From Patescibacteria group bacterium (GTDB taxonomy: Bacteria; Patescibacteriota; Microgenomatia; UBA1400; PJMF01): a stretch of DNA of 64,000 nucleotides. Shown here in pieces: positions 1 to 7,355 of this stretch. Made by a program: the position numbers and the translations under genes. The notes below the pieces were generated by a model, which ran no database searches, was not told the DNA's origin, and worked only from the letters and a program-made list of their open reading frames with translations. Each line of letters begins with the position of its first letter. The stretch's first letter is position 1. The stretch spans positions 118,236 to 182,235 of the forward strand of contig JAZQJV010000018.1 in NCBI GenBank assembly GCA_045541795.1, read 5' to 3'.

Positions 1-28
1 CTCAAATGTAGTGGCGGTAAACAACCCC

Positions 29-56
29 TTGACAAAACAAATATTTCTGGTATAAT
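29..56 (+). promoter_or_regulatory. sigma70-type promoter (TTGACA, 16-nt spacer, TGgTATAAT)
   Basis: TTGACA at 29-34 and extended -10 ctggTATAAT at 48-56 read directly. Downstream are an AGGAGG at 139-144, a 16-codon sORF and the terminator at 325-355. Confidence 0.45.
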
Positions 57-324
57 CAGAGTTGTTCTTTGATATTGATTGCCGCTGCCGATTGCATGGC
101 GGTTTGGCGATCCGATAAAGACAAAATCTGGTTTTGCAGGAGGTGGCGGCCAATGATTGTGCGTTTGATGACGACTATGATTACAGATTGGGCGAACATC
201 TAGCTCTCAAAAGAAGTGGGACGACAGATAGGAAAAATGCGCTTTTGGGCAGACTGATGGGCTCTACACTGTCAGTCTAGGAAGCAAAGCTGTACCATTG
301 CAAATTCGGAAATAAGGTTCAATT

Positions 325-355
325 AGCCCCGGAAATAATCCCGGGGCTTTTTTTA
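325..355 (+). terminator. rho-independent terminator
   Basis: GC stem agccccgg/ccggggct with loop aaataat, followed by a T run (cttttttt). Confidence 0.6.
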
Positions 356-388
356 CACAGATACAGGCAGGTAAAACACACAGGTTAA

Positions 389-565
389 GTGGGTAAAGAA
401 TTATCTAGTAATCGCACTGAACACGTAATTTATTTGCTTGACGAGCCAACCACTGGTTTGCATTTTGAGGATGTACAGCGATTGCTTTCGATTTTAAGTT
501 CGCTGGTAGGACAAAACTCCAAGTCATGGACAGGTAAGTTTTTGGTCACTGAATTGGCGCGTTAG
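389..565 (+). pseudogene. uvrA: 3' remnant of excinuclease ABC subunit A (uvrA)
   Basis: Translation gives [31 protein letters not shown]..., matching the C-terminal ABC signature/Walker B region of UvrA ([20 protein letters not shown]). An in-frame stop lies immediately upstream and the sequence degenerates after the motif. There is no upstream uvrA body, and a terminator precedes it. Confidence 0.55.
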
Positions 566-600
566 TCGCAGAGAGTAATGTTTAGTTTTTGTGATGAATT

Positions 601-626
601 ACCCCGACCTTACGGTCGGGGTTATG
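601..626 (+). terminator. GC-rich hairpin, probable retained terminator of former uvrA
   Basis: 8-bp stem ccccgacc/ggtcgggg with loop ttac, followed by TTAT. It lies 36 nt after the remnant's stop codon. Confidence 0.4.
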
Positions 627-834
627 GACAAATGTGATATGAATTATTTTGAACAATTATGTCTACTCAAAATTATAGTGACTACGCCCAGATTAACCTG
701 ATAACACCTATTGAATATGATCACTATTCAATTAGTTTGTTTAGGTTTTATCAATGTGAAAATTAATAAGTTGCCCAGCACGAGTTTGTTATAATCGGCT
801 TTAGGTTAATAATTTGTCTGGTCACCAGGCATAA

Positions 835-1374
835 GTGCCAACATTATTAACTGGAGGTTATATCACTTTTGCCTGGAAATCCATATGCGACCATCATGAC
901 TATAATCGTATTGATTTGCATGCCTTTAGACTGGACAATAGCTTTACTTATACAGTTTCACTTACAGTCAATTATGACAAGGTTAATCTTTTAGAGAAAC
1001 TGCCAGTCTTACCAAAGTTCGAACAATTATTTATAACTTTCAATCAACCACAAATGCTACTGACCGATACTTTATTGTGGCACGCTGATCGTTGTTACCA
1101 ATTTCAGGGACAAACATTCAATTATGTCCTCATCAGAGCACTGGTAAAAGCCAATGGAGAAATTCCCTGGAACGATCAGCTGCTGCTGATGTATGATCCT
1201 GGTCCTCTTCATCTAAGTAGCTCGAAAATAGATGATAGAAGTACTTTAATTTGTCGTGCTATAGATGACCTTAACTTGGAGCTCAAACAAAAACTTAAAA
1301 TGAATTTTACACCGATACACAGACGTAAAAATAAATTTATTAAATTTGATAAACAAATTATACTATCGACATAG
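835..1374 (+). CDS. hypothetical protein (AT-rich island gene)
   Basis: 179-codon ORF (GTG start) with no recognizable motif. A promoter-like tttgtTATAATc lies about 40 nt upstream. Confidence 0.35.
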   Translation: MPTLLTGGYITFAWKSICDHHDYNRIDLHAFRLDNSFTYTVSLTVNYDKVNLLEKLPVLPKFEQLFITFNQPQMLLTDTLLWHADRCYQFQGQTFNYVLIRALVKANGEIPWNDQLLLMYDPGPLHLSSSKIDDRSTLICRAIDDLNLELKQKLKMNFTPIHRRKNKFIKFDKQIILST

Positions 1375-1469
1375 ACTCACTTAGCTGGAGTTACTCTAGG
1401 CTCAGTTTTTGCTTCTCTGGTAGTTTAATATCCCTGTCTAGAAATTAGTCGAGGCTATTAAACGACCGC

Positions 1470-1679
1470 ATGAGACAGAGCACAATAGTAGTACCAGCTC
1501 GCACCGACATCGGGAAAAAATATCGTACTAGCTACGACCCTATATCAGAGCAGGACGTTCACGATTTTATTGCTGCCGTTAAGGCAGATAGTGGATGGGT
1601 ATTGAAGTTTGATGAGGCAAAACAAACAGCCAATGATTTAATAGAGTTGGCCAAATTAGTCAATAAATATCAGGAATAA
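1470..1679 (+). CDS. small hypothetical protein (69 aa)
   Basis: Short ORF in the island with no recognizable domain. Confidence 0.3.
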   Translation: MRQSTIVVPARTDIGKKYRTSYDPISEQDVHDFIAAVKADSGWVLKFDEAKQTANDLIELAKLVNKYQE

Positions 1680-1693
1680 CTGTCTTAAAAGTC

Positions 1694-1722
1694 TTGCATT
1701 TTTAATCAATTTGTGATATAAA
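1694..1722 (+). promoter_or_regulatory. promoter (TTGCAT, 17-nt spacer, TGaTATAAA) for the DUF1016/AlbA_2 operon
   Basis: -35/-10 read directly. The ATG at 1736 lies 13 nt after the -10, giving a near-leaderless transcript. Confidence 0.45.
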
Positions 1723-1735
1723 GACCACATTAATT

Positions 1736-2824
1736 ATGACAAACACAAAAAAGATCCAGACAGTTACTAGTAACGATATGTCGATGTCTAATGATCAAGA
1801 GTATCGGGAATGGTTAGTCGACTTAAAAACAAGATATCAACATAGTCGCATTAAAGCATCTATAAAAATTAATTATGAGGTCATTTTTTATTACTGGTCT
1901 GTTGGTCGTGACATTGTGATTAAAAAAGCCGAATCAAAATGGGGTAGTGGTTTTTATGATAATTTGAGTCGCGATCTACGACGAGAATTACCTGGTATAC
2001 AGGGATTATCAAAAACAAATCTCAAATACATGAAGTACTTTTATGATCTTTTTCCAGATGTGTTTACTGATAAGTCAATTCGTCCACAAGTTGTGGACGA
2101 ATTGGAGCAAATACCTTGGGGACATATCCGATATATTATAGATAAGTGTCGCGGTGATCAACAAAAGGTGATATTTTTCATCAATAAGACCGTGGAAAAC
2201 AACTGGTCGAGAGCAATGCTGCTAAATTTCCTGGATACAGATCTTTACGAGAGGCAAGGGAAGGCGATTACGAATTTTACCAATAAGTTAGCTTCGCCTC
2301 AAGGAGAATTAGCTCAACAGCTTACCAAAGATCCTTACAGTTTTGACTTTCTTACTATGAGAGAAAACTATCAAGAAAAAGAGCTTAAGGATGCCCTGAT
2401 TGCTAATATTGAAAGATTTCTGCTGGAACTTGGCAAAGGTTTTGCTTATATGGGACGGGAATACCGCTTACAAATCGGTGAAACTGAAAAATTTATAGAT
2501 ATGCTCTTTTACAACACTGTCCTGCGTTGTTACGTGGTAGTAGAAGTCAAAGTGGAGAAATTTGAATCCGGACATTTAGGGCAATTGGGATTGTATGTGA
2601 CCGCGGTTAATCATCAGCTCAAAAACGAAACTGACAATCCCACTATCGGTCTGTTGATTTGCAAGAGCAAAGAGAATGTGGTGGCGAAATACTCGCTAGA
2701 AAGCATGGCGGTGCCGATCGGAATATCAGAATATGAGTTGCAAAAAATCTATCCCGCTGATTTCAAGAGTAGTTTGCCAACGATAGAGGAGATAGAGAAT
2801 GAGCTGGCTGATAATAACGATTAG
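1736..2824 (+). CDS. DUF1016/YhcG-family PD-(D/E)xK nuclease (paralog 1)
   Basis: N-terminal YhcG_N-like region (EYREWLVDLKTRYQHSRIKASIKINYE). C-terminal core has the D...EVK pattern (DMLFYNTVLRCYVVVEVKVEKFESGHLGQLGLYV) and the family C-terminal motif GISEYEL. Confidence 0.7.
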   Translation: MTNTKKIQTVTSNDMSMSNDQEYREWLVDLKTRYQHSRIKASIKINYEVIFYYWSVGRDIVIKKAESKWGSGFYDNLSRDLRRELPGIQGLSKTNLKYMKYFYDLFPDVFTDKSIRPQVVDELEQIPWGHIRYIIDKCRGDQQKVIFFINKTVENNWSRAMLLNFLDTDLYERQGKAITNFTNKLASPQGELAQQLTKDPYSFDFLTMRENYQEKELKDALIANIERFLLELGKGFAYMGREYRLQIGETEKFIDMLFYNTVLRCYVVVEVKVEKFESGHLGQLGLYVTAVNHQLKNETDNPTIGLLICKSKENVVAKYSLESMAVPIGISEYELQKIYPADFKSSLPTIEEIENELADNND

Positions 2825-2845
2825 TAAAAATTAAGGTAATAACAT

Positions 2846-4273
2846 ATGTTCACACCTTTTGGCAAGAATCTCGACAATCTAAGTTTTGAAGACATTCAAA
2901 AATTTTGCGATAAAGGTGTTGCTGAAAATATTTATATTGATTACAAGAAAGAAATTAATCAGAAGAATGATCATCTTGCCAAAACTATTGCGTCCTTTGC
3001 TAATACACATGGCGGCTGGATAATAATTGGAGTAGAAGATAAGAATGATCGTCCAAACTCTCCATTTAACGGGATTGACTATACAGATGGAATAGAGTCT
3101 AGTATAACTACTATAATTGTTGACAATATTTATCCATATGTCGAAGTTACATCAAAGGTTATTGTCAACCATGATAATAAAAGAGCTTTTGTTGTAGTGT
3201 ATGTCCCAGAAAGTCATAAAACACCACATTGGATTAACAGCAGAAGGGATCTTTATATTAGAGCTAATACTAGAACAAAAACTGGCAGAGATGATATTAA
3301 GAATAAAAACGAAGACTTGGATATTTACGCCACTTCTGAAAATTGGGAATTCTTAAGAAATAAAAGGGAAAGGTCTCAACAACTGGCAATAGAATTGGAA
3401 ACAGCTTTAAATCGTTTGTTTCTATCATATAAAGATAAAGAAGAACGTTTGTGGTATCAAAATAACGAAAAAGTTAAAAATAATCCGTCGCTGCAAAGTA
3501 TAATATCTGAAGATATGGATACACTCGACTGTGCAGATCCAAGTATCACAACAATTAAAAATAGGCGAGAGTTCAGAAGCGAATGTTATCATGATAACAT
3601 TAGTATTATTGTCCAGCCAGTTTTCCCATCATACGCTATTTCTTCACCGCGTGATTTGAGAGAACACTATTCGTCTAACAGCGGTGCAAACCTCACTAAC
3701 GTTGGTTCACTTGACGAAAACTACAAACTTGATTATTTTCAAAACGGGATAGTAACTTTTTTTACTCCCGACAATAAGACAGGCAACCATTGCGCATTTT
3801 TTGCTCAAGACATCTTTGGTTCGTGCATGGTAAAACACAAGATAGTTCAACACAATCGAAAGAAGATTGATAACTACCAGGGTTATGAAGTGCCGCCAAA
3901 TAGTAACATTATTGACTTTGAATACTTGATAGTTTATATTGAACAATTTTTAAAATATGCATCAGTTTTTTATAAACAAATTGGTTATTTAGGCGAACTT
4001 AGACTTAAGGTGGTCATGAATGTGCCAGAATGGTCATATATGATAATTCATGATTCAACCAAGAATTTTCCGCTTGCATATAGTAATTCTGATAAATATT
4101 TTCTTTGGGAGAAAGTTTTTATTAATGCTGATTTTGTTAACGATCAAGAACGAAATAAAATACTAAATACTATGTATGAAAGTATTGGATTCTTTTTTAA
4201 TTGTGACGAAATTCCTAAACAAATAATTAATAATCTGAGAAAGAATCCAAATAATGCTAATGAGCAACTTTAA
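2846..4273 (+). CDS. AlbA_2 (Schlafen-like) domain protein with large C-terminal region of unknown function
   Basis: The N-terminus (NLSFEDIQKFCDKGVAENIYIDYKKE...TIASFANTHGGWIIIGVEDKND) matches the AlbA_2/divergent-AAA DNA-binding fold signature (sAFANt.GG.iiiGv.d). It starts 21 nt after DUF1016 paralog 1, so is probably co-transcribed. Confidence 0.6.
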   Translation: MFTPFGKNLDNLSFEDIQKFCDKGVAENIYIDYKKEINQKNDHLAKTIASFANTHGGWIIIGVEDKNDRPNSPFNGIDYTDGIESSITTIIVDNIYPYVEVTSKVIVNHDNKRAFVVVYVPESHKTPHWINSRRDLYIRANTRTKTGRDDIKNKNEDLDIYATSENWEFLRNKRERSQQLAIELETALNRLFLSYKDKEERLWYQNNEKVKNNPSLQSIISEDMDTLDCADPSITTIKNRREFRSECYHDNISIIVQPVFPSYAISSPRDLREHYSSNSGANLTNVGSLDENYKLDYFQNGIVTFFTPDNKTGNHCAFFAQDIFGSCMVKHKIVQHNRKKIDNYQGYEVPPNSNIIDFEYLIVYIEQFLKYASVFYKQIGYLGELRLKVVMNVPEWSYMIIHDSTKNFPLAYSNSDKYFLWEKVFINADFVNDQERNKILNTMYESIGFFFNCDEIPKQIINNLRKNPNNANEQL

Positions 4274-4303
4274 CTTCCCGTCTCAAAAACTCCCCAATCA
4301 TGC

Positions 4304-4368
4304 TATAATCAACCTCAAGTAACTGGGTTCGGATTTCCCGCCAGAAACCACCAAAAAATAGGATATTG
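4304..4368 (+). repeat. direct repeat R1: orphan copy of a promoter plus 5'-leader module
   Basis: TATAATCA, 14 nt, then TGGGTtCGGATTTCCCGCCAGAAACCACC and an AAAAA..GGAT..TG tail. It is near-identical to 6839-6907 with the same spacing. No downstream gene follows on the + strand. Confidence 0.6.
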
Positions 4369-4423
4369 AAGTACGCAAATTATATCCATATAAAAACGAT
4401 ATTTTAAGCAAATTATTTGGTAT

Positions 4424-5602
4424 TTAATCATTATTGTTAATGTTTAAAAGTAATTGTAATCTTTTCATGATTTCATCGAATGTTATTATTATATTTCTGG
4501 AAACACTCTTTCTGAATAAGTTGAACGATCTTTCTTGTTCTTCAAGAAGTCCTGATTTGTTACCGATAATAATTATTCCTAATGGATCAAGAGCATTCAA
4601 GCGGTTATCTTCATAATCTTTTCCAATAAGAGTTGAAAAATTATCACTCGCAATTCTAATTTGATTTTCTAGTTGAACTATCGCACCACTCAATTCGTCA
4701 GACATGGAATAGCACACATTCTCTCCAACGGCATCTGAATTGCCTCTATATTGATGTCCAATAATGGCACTTTGCGGTGTTTTAATTTCAATAACTGCAA
4801 AGCTTTTATTTGAAAGATTTTGCAAAAGAAAATCAGCGGCGACTCCTCCTTGGCCGTTTCTTCCACGACTGTTCTTTCCTCCTAGATATGTTTCGCCATT
4901 CAAATAACAGACTGGACAATAAAACAAACTCTCAAAAATCCACTGATTTTCTGTGAAGAATGCTTGCCAAAAGTTTTCTTTTTGGTTATTATTCATATTT
5001 TTCGCAATTGTATTAATTGCATTCTGCAATTTGGCTAGTAATATAATATTTTCTAATACTCTGATGTTTCCTTTTCCTAAATCTCTTAACTTGGTAATAA
5101 CCATTTCCTTATTTTTAATATCGCCAATTTGCAATAAAACACTTTCTATATTTCCTTCTCCAATAGATATTGTTGTGGTTCCAAATTTAATACCGTTTTC
5201 ATTTAGAGTCTCTCTAATTAACGGTAAATGCTCAAAGAGATTTTTCATGGCTTCACCATCAAGGTTGAGATCATAAAATTCTCCTTTTCTTAACTTAGTA
5301 ACAGATAGGCCTTTATAACTTTGCCAGTTGTCATTAATTCCTTTTCTTTCCCATCTGAAACCTCCTCGCAATGGTTTGTCAGTTTGAGATGGGTCTACCC
5401 ACTTTGGGTAAAAAAGTAATCTTGTGCTTTCAGTTTCTTTTAGTATAATTGGGGAAATATCAGCGGTTTTATTGGAAGTAGATTTTATTGTTATATCTTT
5501 TGATTCTTTCTGTTTGTCTGTAAATCCCTTGCGAGGTAGCGTGAAATCTATTTCTCCTGAAATATTGCTAAAATCATATTTTGGAGTCATGGTGGCTTTC
5601 AA
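4424..5602 (-). CDS. DUF4263-type PD-(D/E)xK nuclease, Shedu (SduA)-like
   Basis: C-terminal GGVAADFLLQN...SFAVIEIKTP (D..EIK nuclease core) and the terminal block IIIIGNKSGLLEEQERSFNLF...IITFDEIM fit the DUF4263 pattern (viiGr...IlTYDdL). The gene is 392 aa with a variable N-terminal domain. It lies 6 nt downstream of DUF1016 paralog 2. Confidence 0.55.
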   Translation of the reverse strand: MKATMTPKYDFSNISGEIDFTLPRKGFTDKQKESKDITIKSTSNKTADISPIILKETESTRLLFYPKWVDPSQTDKPLRGGFRWERKGINDNWQSYKGLSVTKLRKGEFYDLNLDGEAMKNLFEHLPLIRETLNENGIKFGTTTISIGEGNIESVLLQIGDIKNKEMVITKLRDLGKGNIRVLENIILLAKLQNAINTIAKNMNNNQKENFWQAFFTENQWIFESLFYCPVCYLNGETYLGGKNSRGRNGQGGVAADFLLQNLSNKSFAVIEIKTPQSAIIGHQYRGNSDAVGENVCYSMSDELSGAIVQLENQIRIASDNFSTLIGKDYEDNRLNALDPLGIIIIGNKSGLLEEQERSFNLFRKSVSRNIIITFDEIMKRLQLLLNINNND

Positions 5603-5608
5603 TCAAAA

Positions 5609-6736
5609 TTACCTATTTGCTTCTAGCAACTTTTTCTCTATCTCCTCTATCGTCGGCATCGTTCCTTCCACCTTTTGCGGATACAACTTCTCCAGTTCGT
5701 ACTCCGAAATTCCCAATGGTTGATTGCTAGATTCCAAAGCATACTGAGCGATTAAATTATCTTTTTGCTTGCAAATGAGCAAACCGATAGTCGGATTATC
5801 TCGTCCTTCTTTTTGTAAAAGGTGATTGCAAGAAACCACGTAACCGCCAAGTTGCCCCAAATCGGCAAAATCAAATTCGCCAATTTTCACTTCAACCACA
5901 ACGTAACAAGACAACTGTAAATTATAGAAAAGCAAATCAATAAATTTTTCTTTCTCGCCGATTTGCAGTCGATACTCTTTTCCCACATACGCGAAGCCCG
6001 TGCCAAGTTCTAATAAAAATTTGGTTATATTTTCTAGCAGGGCATCTTTTAATTTACGTTCATTGTATTTATCGGTAATACCAGTAAAAGCAAAATTATA
6101 TGGATCTTTTGTTAATTCCTGAGCTAAATCGCTAGTAACATTGGGTAAGGTTTTGCCAAAATTCGTCAATGCTTTTCCTCGTCGATCATAAAGATCGGTT
6201 TCAATAAAATTGAGTAGCATATCTCGGCTCCAACCATTTTCTATTGTTTGGTGAACAAAAAAGAGTGCTTTTTGTGGTTCTGTTTTGAATTTATCAATTA
6301 ACAGCTTATGATGGCCCCACGGAACAGAAAAAATGTCGCTTTCAATTTTCTCAATGACTTGCTGAGTAATTACATTACTTTCTATTTGCTCCCCAACTTG
6401 GGGAGCAATTTCGAAATATTGATGGTAAAGTATATAAAAGTTTTTCATGTACAACAAATTTGTCGGCGAAAAACACGTTGCGTCAGGATTGAGAGTTTTA
6501 AGGTCTCGGCTGAGATTTTTCATGAAACCACTGCTCCATTTACTTTCGGCTTTCATTACCACAATGTCTCTGCCCAAATCATAGTAAAAACGAAGCATTT
6601 CCCGATTAACTTTTACTGCTGCTCTAACTTGGCTCAAGCGATAACGAGAAGAAAGCTTCCCAATCCACGAGGCATAATTTTCATCTAGAATTGTTAGTGA
6701 CTGAACTTGTTTTGCAACCTGTTTTTTCTCTGTCAT
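5609..6736 (-). CDS. DUF1016/YhcG-family PD-(D/E)xK nuclease (paralog 2)
   Basis: About 60% identical by eye to paralog 1 over its full length (shared ...KAESKW.SGF..NLSRDL..., PWGH, ENGWSR.MLLNF, DLLFYN..L.CYVVVEVK, GISEYELEKLYP). Confidence 0.7.
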   Translation of the reverse strand: MTEKKQVAKQVQSLTILDENYASWIGKLSSRYRLSQVRAAVKVNREMLRFYYDLGRDIVVMKAESKWSSGFMKNLSRDLKTLNPDATCFSPTNLLYMKNFYILYHQYFEIAPQVGEQIESNVITQQVIEKIESDIFSVPWGHHKLLIDKFKTEPQKALFFVHQTIENGWSRDMLLNFIETDLYDRRGKALTNFGKTLPNVTSDLAQELTKDPYNFAFTGITDKYNERKLKDALLENITKFLLELGTGFAYVGKEYRLQIGEKEKFIDLLFYNLQLSCYVVVEVKIGEFDFADLGQLGGYVVSCNHLLQKEGRDNPTIGLLICKQKDNLIAQYALESSNQPLGISEYELEKLYPQKVEGTMPTIEEIEKKLLEANR

Positions 6737-6747
6737 AGTGGCTATTA

Positions 6748-6776
6748 CTTATAGCACAATAACGCTATTTTGTCAA
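6748..6776 (-). promoter_or_regulatory. promoter (TTGACA, 17-nt spacer, TATAAG) for the DUF1016/Shedu-like operon; near-leaderless
   Basis: Reverse complement reads TTGACAaaatagcgttattgtgcTATAAGtaatagccactATG. The start codon lies about 11 nt after the -10. Confidence 0.5.
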
Positions 6777-6838
6777 TACTGATAATTAATTATTATTGGC
6801 ATTTATTTTCAATTCTTGCAAAAACAACTTCATACTGT

Positions 6839-6907
6839 TATAATCAGTTTCAAATAATTGGGTGCGGATTTCCCGCCAGAAACCACCCCAAAAAGATGGG
6901 ATTACTG
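6839..6907 (+). repeat. direct repeat R2: promoter plus 5' leader of the zinc-ribbon/TM2 gene
   Basis: TATAATCA, 14 nt, then TGGGTgCGGATTTCCCGCCAGAAACCACC and the AAAAAgATgGGATtAcTG tail. The ATG at 6923 follows. Confidence 0.6.
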
Positions 6908-6922
6908 CGATGAAAGTGAAAC

Positions 6923-7054
6923 ATGACAGATGAAAAAACAAAATACTGTAAACATTGCGGTTCGCTTATTGATGTAGAATTGCATAATATGCCCGAAGTG
7001 TGGCAAGCAGGTCGAACAAGTAAAAGCCGAGCTTCCAAATGTAGTGATCAATAA
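6923..7054 (+). CDS. zinc-ribbon protein fragment (CxxC half), probably the frameshifted N-terminal part of the TM2 gene
   Basis: MTDEKTKYCKHCGSLIDVELHN... terminates at TAA 7052. The second CxxC half (CIICPKCGKQVEQ) is encoded in the frame of the downstream TM2 ORF, starting just after an in-frame TAG at 6975. Confidence 0.4.
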   Translation: MTDEKTKYCKHCGSLIDVELHNMPEVWQAGRTSKSRASKCSDQ

Positions 7055-7256
7055 CAATAACACCAATTCGAATATAAACTATGCTGGTGCTGTGGGGAGC
7101 GGGCGGCCTATCAATAAGTGGATAGCTTTGGGTTTATGTCTTTTTCTGGGCATATTCGGTGCTCATAAGTTTTATGAAGGAAAGATTGGCATGGGAATAT
7201 TGTATTTGTTTACATTTGGTTTGTTTAGTCTTGGTTGGTTTTTAGATATTTTTTAA
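7044..7256 (+). CDS. TM2 domain membrane protein (C-terminal part of split gene)
   Basis: GAHKFYEGKIGMGILYLFTFGLFSLGWFLDIF matches the TM2 domain signature. GTG start at 7044. Its upstream frame continues stop-free back to 6978 and encodes CPKCG. Confidence 0.55.
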   Translation: MINNNNTNSNINYAGAVGSGRPINKWIALGLCLFLGIFGAHKFYEGKIGMGILYLFTFGLFSLGWFLDIF

Positions 7257-7355
7257 TCCTAACAAAGCCTAATCCTTATTACATATAATACTTTTACATT
7301 TGCGTTTTTATTATAACTACGTTATAATAACACAAACTTTAAGGAAAATATAAAC

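Noticed and set aside
4324-4352. The conserved core of the R1/R2 repeat (GGGTTCGGATTTCCCGCCAGAAACCA) superficially resembles a tRNA T-arm plus acceptor 3' end, which would suggest an integrase att site.
   Set aside because: No 5-bp T-stem with a 7-nt TΨC loop can be formed; only 3 GC/GU pairs form. No integrase is nearby. It fits better as a promoter-proximal leader.
1736-6736. Inverted DUF1016 paralogs acting as arms of an invertible (shufflon-like) segment.
   Set aside because: The paralogs are only about 60% identical at protein level with no long identical DNA stretch visible, and no recombinase or invertase gene is nearby.
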